Below are positions 63,187 through 64,000 of a DNA stretch of 64,000 nt, piece by piece. Positions within the stretch are counted from its first letter, which is position 1. Each line of letters starts with the position of its first letter. Made by a program: the position numbers and the translations under genes. This stretch comes from Candidatus Multivoradales bacterium (GTDB lineage Bacteria; Acidobacteriota; Thermoanaerobaculia; Multivoradales; J023), in contig CBDFNS010000017.1 in assembly GCA_965250305.1 (NCBI GenBank), positions 52,836 through 116,835 of the forward strand, written 5' to 3'. The notes under the pieces are model-generated. The model worked only from the letters and a program-made list of their open reading frames with translations. It was not told the DNA's origin and did no database searches.

Positions 63187-64000
63187 TGCCACCGACCGTC
63201 GCCGACGCCGAGTCTCTCAACCGCGATCTCGATCGCCACGCACCCGCCATCTTGCGCGCGCTCTCGCCGTTGGGCCGACGGGTGTTCTACCCGGCCGGGA
63301 TTCCGCATCAAGCCGGTCAGGCCCGTGGCACGACCTTCAACGGTACGATCGGGCAGATAACGGACGGGACGGGCCATGCCTTGCCGTTGCCGTCGATGGC
63401 CGCGGCGGTGACCCTCGATGGCGACGATCGCGATCAGGCATTTCTGTATTCACCGGTTGATGGCCGACCTGAGCTTCGACAGGCGTGGCACGTGCGCCAG
63501 CGCCAGGGTATCGACGAGGGCGTTCCGTCGTCGTTGCCGCTGGTGACGAATGGTCTGACCCACGCACTCTCAATCGTTGCCGACCTCTTTGGCGGCGAAG
63601 GCCGAGTGGTGGCTTCGCCCACGCCGTACTGGGGCAACTACCGCCAAGTGTTCACCCTTCGTACCGGTGCCGAGATCCGGAGTGCACCCAATTGGCGCGA
63701 GGGTCGGTTCAATCCCCTGGCGGCGGCGGAGGCCCTGGCGGATCTGCCGGAAGGGCAGCCAGCGATCGCGATCGTCAACGCGCCGTCCAACCCAGGCGGC
63801 TACATGCCCACGATCGACGAACGCACGGCATTGCGCGCGTCCTTGCTCGGGGTTGCCGAAGTCCGGCCGCTCGTTGTGCTGTGTGATGACGCCTACGCCG
63901 GATTGGTGTACGAAGCGGATATCCCCCGTTCGTCTCTGTTCTGGGAGCTGGCCGGGGCGCACGAGAATCTCCTGGCGGTCAAGATTGACGGCGCAACGAA
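63187..64000 (+). CDS. class I/II PLP-dependent aminotransferase, 3' partial (not in the ORF track because it has no stop inside the window)
   Basis: AAGGAG lies 6 nt upstream of the ATG at 63187. My own translation stays open to the window end and contains VNAPSNPGGY, LCDDAYAGLVY and VKIDGAT motifs. Confidence 0.75.

Overview
High-GC (about 60-65% by eye) bacterial chromosomal window. The gene content suggests Acidobacteriota or a similar phylum: an ADOP-type duplicated FtsX permease, CRTAC1/ASPIC-UnbV paralogs and an ECF sigma factor. This taxonomic call is tentative. Housekeeping genes are serC, lipB, mutY, aroC, the nadABC operon, ptrB and an M20 amidohydrolase. They are interleaved with accessory and decaying material. 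That material includes one IS1380-family copy with mapped ends and a target duplication, one IS110-family element, and two type II toxin-antitoxin pairs. It also includes several gene fragments, an XPB/Bax1-like helicase-nuclease pair, a SWIM-SNF2 helicase and three tandem CRTAC1-like paralogs. No rRNA gene, tRNA gene or CRISPR array was seen. The items I think most deserve follow-up are listed here. (1) A two-gene module at 59.5-63.0 kb encodes a P-loop ORC/STAND-like ATPase and a protein with about 9 nearly identical 123-bp TPR-like units. These units differ only by whole-codon Glu/Ser swaps at two fixed positions and a Lys/Gln change at a third. (2) A 3.5-kb islet at 50.3-53.9 kb is bounded by a 37-bp direct duplication of the 3' end of a CBS-domain gene. 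It carries an HTH-TPR protein, a small secreted protein and an unknown protein, with no recombinase. (3) A Prx-like2/SelU-type gene (10000-10536, minus strand) has an in-frame TGA exactly at the redox Cys position and a hairpin just downstream, so it is a likely selenoprotein split in the ORF track. (4) Two tandem paralogous ABC/SMC-like ATPases are separated by a 45-codon remnant of a DUF4276/Toprim-like partner gene. (5) Two 21-bp palindromes upstream of nadA fit operators for the NrtR-like regulator encoded 8 kb away. All family assignments come from motifs I recognise in the translations. No database search was run.
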